64,000 nt of DNA from the NCBI GenBank assembly GCA_902569095.1, contig CACFSX010000001.1, forward strand, positions 73,575 through 137,574, given 5' to 3'. Position numbers and translations under genes: made by a program. The notes under the pieces were generated by a model. The model saw nothing but the letters and a program-made list of their open reading frames with translations. It made no database searches and was not told where the DNA came from. This document shows, in pieces, positions 1 through 9,480 of this stretch (its first letter is position 1; each line of letters opens with the position of its first letter). The stretch comes from an uncultured Alphaproteobacteria bacterium. Lineage in GTDB: Bacteria > Pseudomonadota > Alphaproteobacteria > Methylaequorales > Methylaequoraceae.

Positions 1-65
1 CCGTGAAAAAACTTTTCTTCTTGTTTAAGAAGAGTCTTTTTAAGAATTTCTTGAAAATATATCAT
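1..65 (-). CDS. 5' end of a CDS running off the window (possibly the FtsX-like partner of the adjacent ABC ATPase)
   Basis: ATG at 65-63 on the minus strand, 6 nt after the stop of the 72..710 gene. It reads MIYFQEILKKTLLKQEEKFFH to the window edge. Function is guessed only from its position after an FtsE-like ATPase. Confidence 0.25.
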   Translation of the reverse strand, partial: MIYFQEILKKTLLKQEEKFFH

Positions 66-71
66 AATGTT

Positions 72-710
72 TCAATTTAATTCTAATATTTTATGAGGTG
101 CATTAATATCTAAGTCTTTGCTTGAAGTAATTATGATAGTGGATCCTATTTTACTTAAGGACTCCAGCAAATAAAAAATTTTTCTCTTTGAAATTTCATC
201 TAGGAAAGTTTCAGGTTGATCAGCTATTATTATATTTGGATTATTTATCAAAGCTCTTGCAATAACTACTTTTTGTTTTTGACTATTAGACAAATTCACT
301 ATTTTTTCGTTTTTAATGTGGTCTAAATCCAACCAATCTGAAATTTCATTCATTCTATCAGCAAAACTTGTTTTTAAGTTTTGAATTTGACTTGCTAATT
401 CGATATTCTGATAAACTGAGAAAAAAGGTATTAAATAGTCATTTTGTAGAATTACGCCCATTTTTTTTCTAATTTCAATAATCTTTGTTTTTGACTCTTC
501 TGTGATTTTTTTTCCATTTAAAAAAAGAGACCCCTTTGAAGGAAGCAATTTCAAGTAGAATAATTTCAATATTAGTGATTTTCCAGTTGAATTTGCTCCT
601 TTTATTATTATGAAGTCTCCACGATTAATTTTAAGATTAATATTTTTTATATTCTTTTTTTTAGAAAAAATTGAAATGTTATCAAGAAAAAAAATTTCGT
701 TCATAATCAA
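72..710 (-). CDS. ABC transporter ATP-binding protein, FtsE-like
   Basis: 212 aa. Walker A GANSTGKS, signature LSNSQKQK, Walker B IIIADQP. Size and layout match FtsE-type ATPases. Confidence 0.6.
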   Translation of the reverse strand: MIMNEIFFLDNISIFSKKKNIKNINLKINRGDFIIIKGANSTGKSLILKLFYLKLLPSKGSLFLNGKKITEESKTKIIEIRKKMGVILQNDYLIPFFSVYQNIELASQIQNLKTSFADRMNEISDWLDLDHIKNEKIVNLSNSQKQKVVIARALINNPNIIIADQPETFLDEISKRKIFYLLESLSKIGSTIIITSSKDLDINAPHKILELN

Positions 711-1936
711 TTATCTGAAAGAATAATTTTTTTTTTTTTTATAAATATTTCTTTTGCTGGTTCTCTTAAATTATATTTTGACGCCATGCATGAACCATAT
801 GCTCCAGTTGAGCATATGACAATCAAATCTTCTGCCTTTAGTCTATGAATTTTCATTTTTTTAATAAATACATCACTTGATTCACAAATAGGTCCAACTA
901 TGTCGTATACATTCAAATTTGTTTGGTTTTTTTTTTTTACTGGTAAAATTTTGTGTTCAGCTCCATACAAAGCTGGTCTTATAAGATTGTCCATGCCTGC
1001 ATCTATTATTACAAAATCTTTATTGTTTCCTGATTTTGTTCGGATTACTCTTGACAAAATTATACCAGAAGATCCTACTAAATATCTTCCTGGCTCTATT
1101 ATTATTTCAAGGTCTAAATCTGAAAACAACTCATCTATAATCCTAGCATAAGATTTAATATCTAAAATTTTATTTTTATCGTTATATTTTATTCCTACAC
1201 CACCTCCTAAATCTAGCGAAGAAACTTTAAAACCTTTTTTTTTTAGTTTTAATATTTGCAATTTTATTTTTTTGAATGCCTTGTAAAAAGGTTCTATCAA
1301 TTCAATTTGCGAACCAATGTGTATTGATAAACCTATAATTTTAACAAATTTGTTGGTTTGATATTTTTTAAAAATCTCAAAAACTCTCTTATCTGATATA
1401 CCAAATTTATCTTCAGAACGACCTGTTGATATTTTTTCATGAGTTTGTGCATTTATATCGGGATTTACTCTTAAACAAATATTTATAGTTTTATTTATTT
1501 TTTTACATATGCTTGTAATCTCGTCTAATTCCTCAATACTCTCTACATTAATTTGTTTAATATTTTTTTTTATTGCTATCTCTATTTCTTTACTGGTTTT
1601 TCCTACACCTGAAAAAACAATTTTTTTATTATCAACTCCAATTTTTAAAGATTTTTGTAATTCTCCATTAGAGACAACATCAATGCCGCATCCACGTTTT
1701 GTCAAGATTTTTATAATATTACTGTTGAAATTTGCTTTTAAAGCGTAACAGATTAAAGGTTTAACCTTTTTAAAAGCATTATGTAGTTCTTCCAAATTAT
1801 GTTCTATTTGCGAGACAGAATAACAAAATAATGGGGTATTAAATTTTTCTCCTAGATTTATTAAAGGTAAATCTTCAAAAAAGAGTTTATTTTTCTTGTA
1901 AGAAAGAAATTTGTTATATTCTGAAACTTTAATCAT
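707..1936 (-). CDS. lysA: diaminopimelate decarboxylase
   Basis: 409 aa. PLP-lysine motif CYALKAN, GGGVGI, and the C-terminal CESSD region typical of group IV decarboxylases. Sits next to argH and a small lipoprotein, as in many proteobacteria. Confidence 0.9.
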   Translation of the reverse strand: MIKVSEYNKFLSYKKNKLFFEDLPLINLGEKFNTPLFCYSVSQIEHNLEELHNAFKKVKPLICYALKANFNSNIIKILTKRGCGIDVVSNGELQKSLKIGVDNKKIVFSGVGKTSKEIEIAIKKNIKQINVESIEELDEITSICKKINKTINICLRVNPDINAQTHEKISTGRSEDKFGISDKRVFEIFKKYQTNKFVKIIGLSIHIGSQIELIEPFYKAFKKIKLQILKLKKKGFKVSSLDLGGGVGIKYNDKNKILDIKSYARIIDELFSDLDLEIIIEPGRYLVGSSGIILSRVIRTKSGNNKDFVIIDAGMDNLIRPALYGAEHKILPVKKKNQTNLNVYDIVGPICESSDVFIKKMKIHRLKAEDLIVICSTGAYGSCMASKYNLREPAKEIFIKKKKIILSDN

Positions 1937-2060
1937 TATCTGGATAATTTCTTGGATAATCGCTTCCAGGATATTTTTCTAGACTGGATTTTTTACCGCA
2001 AGAAGTAATTGACATTAAACAAAAAAAAATTAAAAATTTAACGAAAGCTCTATTAAGCAT
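1929..2060 (-). CDS. small lipoprotein, LptM/YifL-like (not in the ORF track)
   Basis: Hand translation of the minus strand gives MLNRAFVKFLIFFCLMSITSCGKKSSLEKYPGSDYPRNYPDND* (43 aa). It has a signal peptide with lipobox ITS|C. Its ATG shares one nt with the argH TAA (TAATG), and its 3' end overlaps the lysA start by 8 nt. A small lipoprotein just upstream of lysA or dapF is a conserved proteobacterial arrangement. Confidence 0.6.
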   Translation of the reverse strand: MLNRAFVKFLIFFCLMSITSCGKKSSLEKYPGSDYPRNYPDND

Positions 2061-3448
2061 TAGATTTTTTTTTTGGCTCTTTTAATCGCCTTTATAACTT
2101 GGTTAATATTCGTTCCACCATAGGAATTCTTTCTTGCAACTGAATTTTCTATAGATACATAATTAAATATATCTTTATTAATTTTTGGTTCTATAGTTTT
2201 AAATTCTTTTAATGACAACTCACTCAATAATTTTTTTTTCTTCTCGGCCATCAATACTATTTTACCGGTAATATTATGAGCCTCTCTAAAAGTATAGTCA
2301 GTTTTTTTTACAATCCAGTCAGCAAGATCTGTGGCGGTCATGTACCCCTTTTTTGAGAGATTATACATTTTAATTTTATTGATTATTACCGAACCTATCA
2401 TTTCATTTACAATATCGAGAAGTAAGTCAATTGTCTTGAAGGCATCAAATAATGGCTCCTTGTCTTCTTGAAGATCCTTACTGTAACCACTTGGAAGGCT
2501 CTTTTGTATAATAAGTAAATTAAAAAGTGATGAATAAATCCTACCACACTTCGATCTTACAAGTTCGGCAGCATCTGGATTTTTTTTTTGTGGCATAATT
2601 GAAGATCCTGTACATAAGTTATCTGGAAATTTTAAAAATTCATATGCACTTCCTGACCATATTATGAAATCTTCTGATATTCTTGAAAAGTGCATACTTA
2701 GAATTGATAACAAAAATAAGAACTCTATCACAAAATCTCTATCTGAAACACTATCTAAAGAATTTTCTGTTGGTTTTTTAAAGCCTAGGTTTTTTGCAAG
2801 TTCCTTTCTATCAATTTCATAAAAGTTTGTACCTGCTAATGCACCAGATCCGAGAGGGCACTCATCAATATTTTCCAAAAGCTGTTTTGCTCTTTTTTTG
2901 TCTCTTTCAAACATTTCAAAAAAAGACAATAGATAATGTGCATATAGAATAGGTTGAGCATTTTGTGAATGTGTGAAGCCTGGCATTATAACATTAAGAT
3001 TCGATTCTGATTTTTTTATGATTGTTTTTTGAATTTTTATTATCTTATTTATGACATTTTTAAGCTTTTCTTTTATCCATAACTTTACATCAGTAGCAAC
3101 TTGATCATTTCTTGATTTCCCTGTGTGTAGCTTACCGGCCAATCTCCCTATTCTTTTTTTTAATTCCATTTCAACATTCATATGGATATCTTCATAATCA
3201 TCAGAGAACTTAAAGTTTTTTTTTTTAACTTCTAATTTTAAATCATCCAATGCAACGTTTATTTTTTTCAACTCATTAGCATTGATTATCTTCGCTTTAA
3301 ATAAAGATTTAGCATATGATTTATTTAATTTAATATCCTCTTCAACCAAGTTATGGTCAAAACTTATTGAATTATTAATTCTTTTTAAAAGATTTGAAGA
3401 ATTGTACTCAAATCTTCCGCCCCAAACTAAATTTGTTGTTTTTTTCAT
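2060..3448 (-). CDS. argH: argininosuccinate lyase
   Basis: 462 aa. Fumarate-lyase family signature GSSIMPQKKNPD and the TGKSRNDQV motif. Confidence 0.93.
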   Translation of the reverse strand: MKKTTNLVWGGRFEYNSSNLLKRINNSISFDHNLVEEDIKLNKSYAKSLFKAKIINANELKKINVALDDLKLEVKKKNFKFSDDYEDIHMNVEMELKKRIGRLAGKLHTGKSRNDQVATDVKLWIKEKLKNVINKIIKIQKTIIKKSESNLNVIMPGFTHSQNAQPILYAHYLLSFFEMFERDKKRAKQLLENIDECPLGSGALAGTNFYEIDRKELAKNLGFKKPTENSLDSVSDRDFVIEFLFLLSILSMHFSRISEDFIIWSGSAYEFLKFPDNLCTGSSIMPQKKNPDAAELVRSKCGRIYSSLFNLLIIQKSLPSGYSKDLQEDKEPLFDAFKTIDLLLDIVNEMIGSVIINKIKMYNLSKKGYMTATDLADWIVKKTDYTFREAHNITGKIVLMAEKKKKLLSELSLKEFKTIEPKINKDIFNYVSIENSVARKNSYGGTNINQVIKAIKRAKKKI

Positions 3449-3466
3449 CTATGTTATAATGTTTTC

Positions 3467-3976
3467 ATGAAGTATTTCGTTTTAGTAATATTTTTAGTTA
3501 TTTCAAATTTATCTTATTCATATGAGAACAATCAACCATTATTAAAAAATCCAGCGAAAAAAATTAATTTTTTTAATTTAGAAACCTTGGATGGAAAAAC
3601 AATTGAAATTGCTGACAAATTAAAAAAAAAAAAAATTATTTTAATAAATTTTTGGGCTACATGGTGTTCGCCGTGCATTAAGGAAATTCCAGATCTAATA
3701 GAGCTAAAAAAAAAATTTGAGAAAGATATTGAATTAATTTTTGTTTCAGTTGATGCAAATCCAGCAAAAGTTATCCCAACTTTCTTAAAAAAAAATAAGT
3801 TTGAAAATTTTCAGACATTCATTGACAAAAAACTTATTTTAACAAAAAAGCTGGAAGTTAAAGTGATGCCAACTACTTTAATTATTAAGAATGGTCTCTT
3901 TGAACTCTCGAGGGTAGAGGGTTACATTAATTGGCAGGACGAAGGGATTATTAATGAAATTAAAAGTTTGTTATAA
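3467..3976 (+). CDS. periplasmic thiol:disulfide oxidoreductase, TlpA/ResA-like thioredoxin fold
   Basis: 169 aa. N-terminal signal or anchor and a WATWCSPC active site. Confidence 0.75.
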   Translation: MKYFVLVIFLVISNLSYSYENNQPLLKNPAKKINFFNLETLDGKTIEIADKLKKKKIILINFWATWCSPCIKEIPDLIELKKKFEKDIELIFVSVDANPAKVIPTFLKKNKFENFQTFIDKKLILTKKLEVKVMPTTLIIKNGLFELSRVEGYINWQDEGIINEIKSLL

Positions 3977-4906
3977 TTTCTCTTCTAGCTTAGGGAGAAG
4001 CTCAAAAAGATCACCTACCAGGCCATAATCAGAATAATTAAAAATTGGGGCCTCCTCATCCTTGTTTATACAAGCGATATATTTTGAATCTTTAATTCCA
4101 GCTATATGCTGTATTGCTCCAGAAATTCCAACGGCTATATAGAGATCTGGTGCCACAATTTTTCCTGTTTGACCAACTTGCCAGTCGTTAGGAACAAAAC
4201 CAGCATCGACTGCTGCTCTACTCGCGCCCATTGCAGCGCCAAGTTTATCAGCAATACCCTCTAATAATCTGAAATTTTCTCCATTTTGCATTCCCCTTCC
4301 ACCAGAAATTACAATTTTAGCACTTGTTAATTCTGGGCGATCTGATTTTGATTTGTCATAGTTGACAAAGCTTACTGAATTGTTTTTATCAATATTTACA
4401 GTTAAATTTTCAACATCAACATTTGAGGTTAAAGCACAAGGTTCAAAACATGTAGATCGCACAGTAATGATTTTTATAGGATCGTTTGACTTTACAGTTG
4501 CAATTGCGTTACCTGCATAAATTGGTCTCTCAAAAGTATCATCGCTAATAATTTTTGTAATATCTGAGATTTGTTGAACGTCCATAAGAGCTGATAATTT
4601 TGGAGACATATTTTTTCCAAATGTACTTGATGGTGAAAGTATATGAGTATAATCAGAGCCTTCAGCAAACTTTTGAATTGCTTTGGATAAATTCTCTGCT
4701 AATGGATTTTCAAATAATTCATTATCTATTTTATAAATTTTTTTGAGATAATCAGATTTTTTTAGTTCATCAATAACTAAATCCAGTCCCTTACCAAGGA
4801 CTAAAGCTTCAACTGAATCACTTATTTTTTTTGCGGCTGTAATTGTTGAAAAACTTGATTGTTTTACATTTGCATTATCATGTTCAATTATTACTAAGAC
4901 TTTCAT
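3971..4906 (-). CDS. etfA: electron transfer flavoprotein, alpha subunit
   Basis: 311 aa. C-terminal FAD-binding region (GGRGM..., [15 protein letters not shown]). Translationally coupled to etfB. Confidence 0.92.
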   Translation of the reverse strand: MKVLVIIEHDNANVKQSSFSTITAAKKISDSVEALVLGKGLDLVIDELKKSDYLKKIYKIDNELFENPLAENLSKAIQKFAEGSDYTHILSPSSTFGKNMSPKLSALMDVQQISDITKIISDDTFERPIYAGNAIATVKSNDPIKIITVRSTCFEPCALTSNVDVENLTVNIDKNNSVSFVNYDKSKSDRPELTSAKIVISGGRGMQNGENFRLLEGIADKLGAAMGASRAAVDAGFVPNDWQVGQTGKIVAPDLYIAVGISGAIQHIAGIKDSKYIACINKDEEAPIFNYSDYGLVGDLFELLPKLEEKL

Positions 4907-5658
4907 AGTATTTTTGCCTCATTTTTAAGTTTATCTACAAGTGCATCCACGTCATCAACCTTGATACCTGGTTTTCTCTCTGGAGGTTCATTAACCTCTA
5001 AAACTTGTAGTCTATCTTTAATATCTACATCAAAACTTTCAATTTCAAGGACATCAATTTTTTTCTGTTTCGCTTTCATTATATTAGGTAAAGATGCATA
5101 TCTAGGTTCGTTTAAACGAAGATCTGTTGTCACTACGCACGGAATACTAATTTTTACTGTTTCAAGCCCACCATCAACCTCTCTTGTAACTTCAAGAGTG
5201 TTGTCATCATTCTTTTTAAGTTCTGAGGCGAAAGTTGCTTGGGGAAATGCTAACAATGTCGCTACGATCTGTCCAGTTTGGTTACAATCATCGTCTATAG
5301 CTTGCTTACCTAATATTATAAGATCTGGTTTCTCTTTATCAGAAACAGCTTTAATTATCTTTCCAACAGTTAGAGGCTCTAATTGGTCTTTATCAGTTTT
5401 TACTAATATACCCCTATCGCCACCCATTGCGAGACCAGATCTGATTGTTTCTTGAGATTTGTCAGTTCCAATTGATAATATAATTATTTCTTGAATTTGA
5501 TTTTTTTCCTTCATTCTAACTGCTTCTTCTACTGCAATCTCATCAAAGGGATTCATGGACATCTTGACATTGTCTGTTTCTACTCCGGATTTATCTGATT
5601 TTACTCTTATTCTCACGTTGTAATCAATAACTCTTTTTACACAAACTAATGCTTTCAT
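4903..5658 (-). CDS. etfB: electron transfer flavoprotein, beta subunit
   Basis: 251 aa. [16 protein letters not shown]-terminus and [18 protein letters not shown], both typical of EtfB. Confidence 0.92.
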   Translation of the reverse strand: MKALVCVKRVIDYNVRIRVKSDKSGVETDNVKMSMNPFDEIAVEEAVRMKEKNQIQEIIILSIGTDKSQETIRSGLAMGGDRGILVKTDKDQLEPLTVGKIIKAVSDKEKPDLIILGKQAIDDDCNQTGQIVATLLAFPQATFASELKKNDDNTLEVTREVDGGLETVKISIPCVVTTDLRLNEPRYASLPNIMKAKQKKIDVLEIESFDVDIKDRLQVLEVNEPPERKPGIKVDDVDALVDKLKNEAKIL

Positions 5659-5675
5659 GACTTTTTCCTTAAATA

Positions 5676-6224
5676 TTACTTTTTATTTGGAATCCAAAGT
5701 ATATCACCATCTTTTTTATTCTCAAACCGTGCAGCTACAAAAAGAAAATCAGAAAGTCTATTTACATATTTTATTATGTCTAAATTCACTTTTTCTTTAT
5801 CATTTAATTCAATGATTGATCTTTCTGCTCTTCTTACGTTGGATCTTGATAAATGTAGAAATGATGAGAGTTGACTCCCTCCGGGAAGAATAAATGACTT
5901 TAATTTATCCAAGTTTTTATTCATCTGATCAATTTCTTTTTCAAGGAAGTTAATTTTCTCACTTGATATTGTCACGTATCTTTTTGAATTTTCAGGAAAA
6001 CATAAATCAGCCCCTATATCAAAAAGATGATTTTGAATCTCAAGTAATGTTTTTTTTAAATTCTTATTAGAGAAGTATACACATACTCCTAGTGATGAGT
6101 TTGCCTCATCTATGTCACCATATGCTTTTATTCTTATGTTGCTTTTGTTAACTCTTGAACCATCTCCCAAACTTGTTAAACCTTTATCCCCTCCACGAGT
6201 ATAAATTTTGTCAAGTTTTACCAA
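5676..6224 (-). CDS. ATP:cob(I)alamin adenosyltransferase, PduO/MMAB type
   Basis: 182 aa. N-terminal [13 protein letters not shown] motif of PduO-type adenosyltransferases. Confidence 0.85.
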   Translation of the reverse strand: MVKLDKIYTRGGDKGLTSLGDGSRVNKSNIRIKAYGDIDEANSSLGVCVYFSNKNLKKTLLEIQNHLFDIGADLCFPENSKRYVTISSEKINFLEKEIDQMNKNLDKLKSFILPGGSQLSSFLHLSRSNVRRAERSIIELNDKEKVNLDIIKYVNRLSDFLFVAARFENKKDGDILWIPNKK

Positions 6225-6232
6225 TTTTTCCT

Positions 6233-6424
6233 CTATGATTTCAAGAATAAGGCAACCGTAAGAATTGTAAGTGTCACAAATTGTATAGCTACTCTGTATC
6301 TCATGAATAAGTTTATCTTATTATTTTCTTCATTGGATCTAGCTGTATGAAATAATCCTATCAAAAGTACAATAAATGTTGTAATCAAACATACTACGAT
6401 AATGAAGTTAAGAAAGAATTCCAT
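6233..6424 (-). CDS. twin-transmembrane-helix small protein (HIG1-domain like)
   Basis: 63 aa with two TM helices and an RYRVAIQ (RxRxxxQ) motif between them. The start overlaps the mcd stop. Confidence 0.6.
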   Translation of the reverse strand: MEFFLNFIIVVCLITTFIVLLIGLFHTARSNEENNKINLFMRYRVAIQFVTLTILTVALFLKS

Positions 6425-8109
6425 TATCTAGCTAAAAGGCCTTTCACAATTATTTGAGCTTGAATTTCAGCGGCTCCTTCGAAAATGTTGAGGATTCTTG
6501 AATCGCATAAAACTCTGCTGATTGGATATTCTAAAGCATATCCATTTCCACCGTGAATTTGTAGAGCACTATCTGCGTTGCTCCAAGCGACTCTTGCCGC
6601 TAGCAACTTAGCCATGCCTGCCTCGATGTCACATCTTATGTCGTTATCTTTTTCTCTGGCTGAAAAGAGTGTGATTTGACGAGCAACCGTTGTCTCCATA
6701 GCCATCCAAGCTAGCTTGTTGAATATTCTCGGGAATTTGAGAATTTGTTTGCCGAATTGACTTCTATCTTTGGCGTATTGAAGTCCAAGCTCGAGCGCGT
6801 TTTGTGCAACACCAACAGCTCTTGCTGCTGTTTGAATTCTTGCAGATTCAAATGTTTCCATGAGTTGTTTAAATCCGTTGCCTTCTTGTTCACCTAATAA
6901 ATTATTCTTGCTTACCTTTATATCTTCAAGAGCTATCTCATACTCTTTCATCCCTCTGTAACCAAGGACTTCAATTTCACTTCCTGACATACCTTCCATT
7001 GGGAAAGGTTTTTCACAATTCCCTCTAGGTTTTTCGACCAAGAACATGCTTAATCCTTTGTAACCCTTCTGATTCATGTCAGTTCTCGCAAGCACTGTCA
7101 TTAGATCTGATCTGGCGCCGTGGGTTATCCAGGTTTTATTCCCATTTATAATATAATCATCATTCTGGCGCTGTGCTCTTGTTGAAAGACTACCTAAGTC
7201 AGATCCAGTGTTCGGTTCAGTAAAGACGGCTGTTGTAAGGATGTTTCCCGATGCAATTTCAGGTAAATATTTTTTTTTCTGCTCTTCTGTACCACCTAGT
7301 CTTATTAATTCGCCTGCGATTTCCGCGCGAGTGCCTAAGGATCCAGCAGCTAAAAAACCTCTAGAAAGTTCTTCTGTTACAACACACATCGCTACCTTAC
7401 CCATTCCCAATCCACCATAGTTTTCAGGAATTGCAATGCTAAACACTCCAAGCTCTGCCATTTTCTTAAGAACATCATCTGGAATCAATGCATCCTTAAG
7501 ATGCCATTCATTAGCATGAGGTAAAATTTCTTCTTCTGTAAACTTTTTAAACTGGTCTTGGATCATGTCAAGAGTCTCGTCATTAAGCCCCAAGCTGGGG
7601 TGGATGTCTTTATCAAGTGAATCAACAATTACAGTTTTGATTTTATCGGAAAGCCCAATATCTATTAAATCTTTTACCGAATCATCATTCATGAATTCAA
7701 AATCTTCGTCACCTAGATGAAGTTCTGATGGTCTAACTATTTCTGATTGACTCATCATAATACCATGTCTCATTTGTGTTAAGTATTCAGCAAAGGCAAA
7801 CAATGTTACAGCAGCATCAATCTCTGAAGATTTATCGTCATCGTTAAGACGAATAAACCAGTTGAGTGTCTCTCTAAGACCAATTCTGTAAGTGTCAAAC
7901 CAAGCATATCCATGTGTTTTTGACTGGTTTATTTCTAATAGCTGGTTATCAATTCTGTTGTCTTTCGTTAAAGCAGATTTAAATGCTTCTCTTGATTTGG
8001 TGGAAGCTTTCTCCAGTTTAGTAAGTATATCTTTTAAAATGTCGGTGTTAGACAAGAGATATTGTTTAAAATTAATAATTTCTGAATTTATGTTAACGGA
8101 ACTGTCCAT
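6424..8109 (-). CDS. mcd: acyl-CoA dehydrogenase with a long N-terminal extension, probably (2S)-methylsuccinyl-CoA dehydrogenase
   Basis: 561 aa. The ACAD core occupies the C-terminal ~380 aa and is preceded by a ~170-aa extension, which is the Mcd architecture. Lies directly next to ccr and opposite ecm, with etfAB nearby as the electron acceptor. Confidence 0.7.
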   Translation of the reverse strand: MDSSVNINSEIINFKQYLLSNTDILKDILTKLEKASTKSREAFKSALTKDNRIDNQLLEINQSKTHGYAWFDTYRIGLRETLNWFIRLNDDDKSSEIDAAVTLFAFAEYLTQMRHGIMMSQSEIVRPSELHLGDEDFEFMNDDSVKDLIDIGLSDKIKTVIVDSLDKDIHPSLGLNDETLDMIQDQFKKFTEEEILPHANEWHLKDALIPDDVLKKMAELGVFSIAIPENYGGLGMGKVAMCVVTEELSRGFLAAGSLGTRAEIAGELIRLGGTEEQKKKYLPEIASGNILTTAVFTEPNTGSDLGSLSTRAQRQNDDYIINGNKTWITHGARSDLMTVLARTDMNQKGYKGLSMFLVEKPRGNCEKPFPMEGMSGSEIEVLGYRGMKEYEIALEDIKVSKNNLLGEQEGNGFKQLMETFESARIQTAARAVGVAQNALELGLQYAKDRSQFGKQILKFPRIFNKLAWMAMETTVARQITLFSAREKDNDIRCDIEAGMAKLLAARVAWSNADSALQIHGGNGYALEYPISRVLCDSRILNIFEGAAEIQAQIIVKGLLAR

Positions 8110-8151
8110 GATATTTATATTTAATGGTTATTATTTCTTATTCAAGTATAT

Positions 8152-9381
8152 TTATAATTCATTAAAGCTTTTCATTCCAGTCTTTTTTGCTTGAACTAAA
8201 GCGGCCATATTTCCAGGAAGATGCTTGTTGTTCATCATCTTTGTGTGAGCCGCAGGAATTTGACTCCATTCGAAACACTCAGACATAAGAGGTTTTATTA
8301 ACTTGTTAATCATCATATCATTGGCTTGATTTGCTTGAAACAAGTTTGCAAAATGACTACCTTGGATTCTTTTTTGCCTCATCCAAACATAACGCGCATC
8401 CATTGTCAAATTATACCCTGATGTTCCAGCACAAATCACAACCATTCCTCCCGTCTTTACCAAATAGCACGACACTGGAAAAGTTGATTCTCCAGGATGT
8501 TCAAAAACTATATCTACGTCTTTTTTACCGGTAATTTCCCAAATGTCTTTTCCTAAAACTCTGCAATTTTTTATAAAGTTAGAATATTCAGACTGATCTT
8601 TGACATCGGGAAGTTGACCAAAACAATTGTAATTTTTTCTGTTGAGCACCCCGACCGCACCAAGTTCCTTAACAAATGGGATTTTCTCATCGTCTGATAT
8701 GATCCCAATTGCATTAGCACCCACTGCTTTACATATCTGCACTGCCATGCTTCCAATACCACCAGAAGCGCCCCAAACTAAAACATTCATCCCAGGCTTC
8801 AATGCATGAGGTGGATGACCAAAAAGCATTCTAAAGGAAGTAGCTAATGTCAGTGTATAACATCCACTTTCTTCCCATGAAAGATGCTCAGGTTTTTTTA
8901 ATAATTGTCTGGACTGAACTGTTGTGAATTGAGCAAATGAACCATCATTTGTTTCGTAACCCCATATCCTTTGAGACTTTGAATACATAGGCTCACCACC
9001 GTTACATTCTTCATCGTCCCCATCGTCTCTGTTGCAATGAATAATAACCTCATCACCAACTTTCCATCTTTTAACATTATCACCAATTGCCCAAACAATT
9101 CCAGATGCATCAGAACCTCCTATGTGGTACCCTGTATCTTTCCCAATAACTGAAATTGGAATGCCCTGAGACGCCCAAACATTATTGTAATTTATTCCAA
9201 CAGCCATAACCATTACAAGAACTTCGTCTTTACCAGGCTTCTGAACTGGCATCTTCTCAATTTGCATGGCGTTTTCTGGGACACCCAGTCTATCCTCTCT
9301 TATAACCCATGCATACATTTCTTCAGGCACTTCGCCTAATTTTGGAATTTCTCCAATCTCGTAAATTTTCTTTGCAGTCAT
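8152..9381 (-). CDS. ccr: crotonyl-CoA carboxylase/reductase
   Basis: 409 aa. Ccr-specific N-terminus (YEIGEIPKLGEVPEEMYAWVIRED) and central block SDASGIVWAIGDNVKRWKVGDEVIIHCNRDDGDDEECNGGEPM...RIWGYETNDGSFAQF. These closely match my recollection of characterised Ccr enzymes. Confidence 0.88.
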   Translation of the reverse strand: MTAKKIYEIGEIPKLGEVPEEMYAWVIREDRLGVPENAMQIEKMPVQKPGKDEVLVMVMAVGINYNNVWASQGIPISVIGKDTGYHIGGSDASGIVWAIGDNVKRWKVGDEVIIHCNRDDGDDEECNGGEPMYSKSQRIWGYETNDGSFAQFTTVQSRQLLKKPEHLSWEESGCYTLTLATSFRMLFGHPPHALKPGMNVLVWGASGGIGSMAVQICKAVGANAIGIISDDEKIPFVKELGAVGVLNRKNYNCFGQLPDVKDQSEYSNFIKNCRVLGKDIWEITGKKDVDIVFEHPGESTFPVSCYLVKTGGMVVICAGTSGYNLTMDARYVWMRQKRIQGSHFANLFQANQANDMMINKLIKPLMSECFEWSQIPAAHTKMMNNKHLPGNMAALVQAKKTGMKSFNEL

Positions 9382-9480
9382 AATGGTTCCTATGATACTT
9401 TAAATGATTTATACCACTAAAAATTAAAAAATAAATGAAATTTCTTGTTAGCTGTTAAAAATAGTATTATTTAAGGAAAA

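Noticed and set aside
9382-9480. Divergent ccr/ecm spacer examined for an operator or riboswitch (for example a cobalamin riboswitch)
   Set aside because: It is only 99 nt of A/T-rich sequence with no notable palindrome. It lacks the B12-box and the conserved stems of a cobalamin riboswitch.
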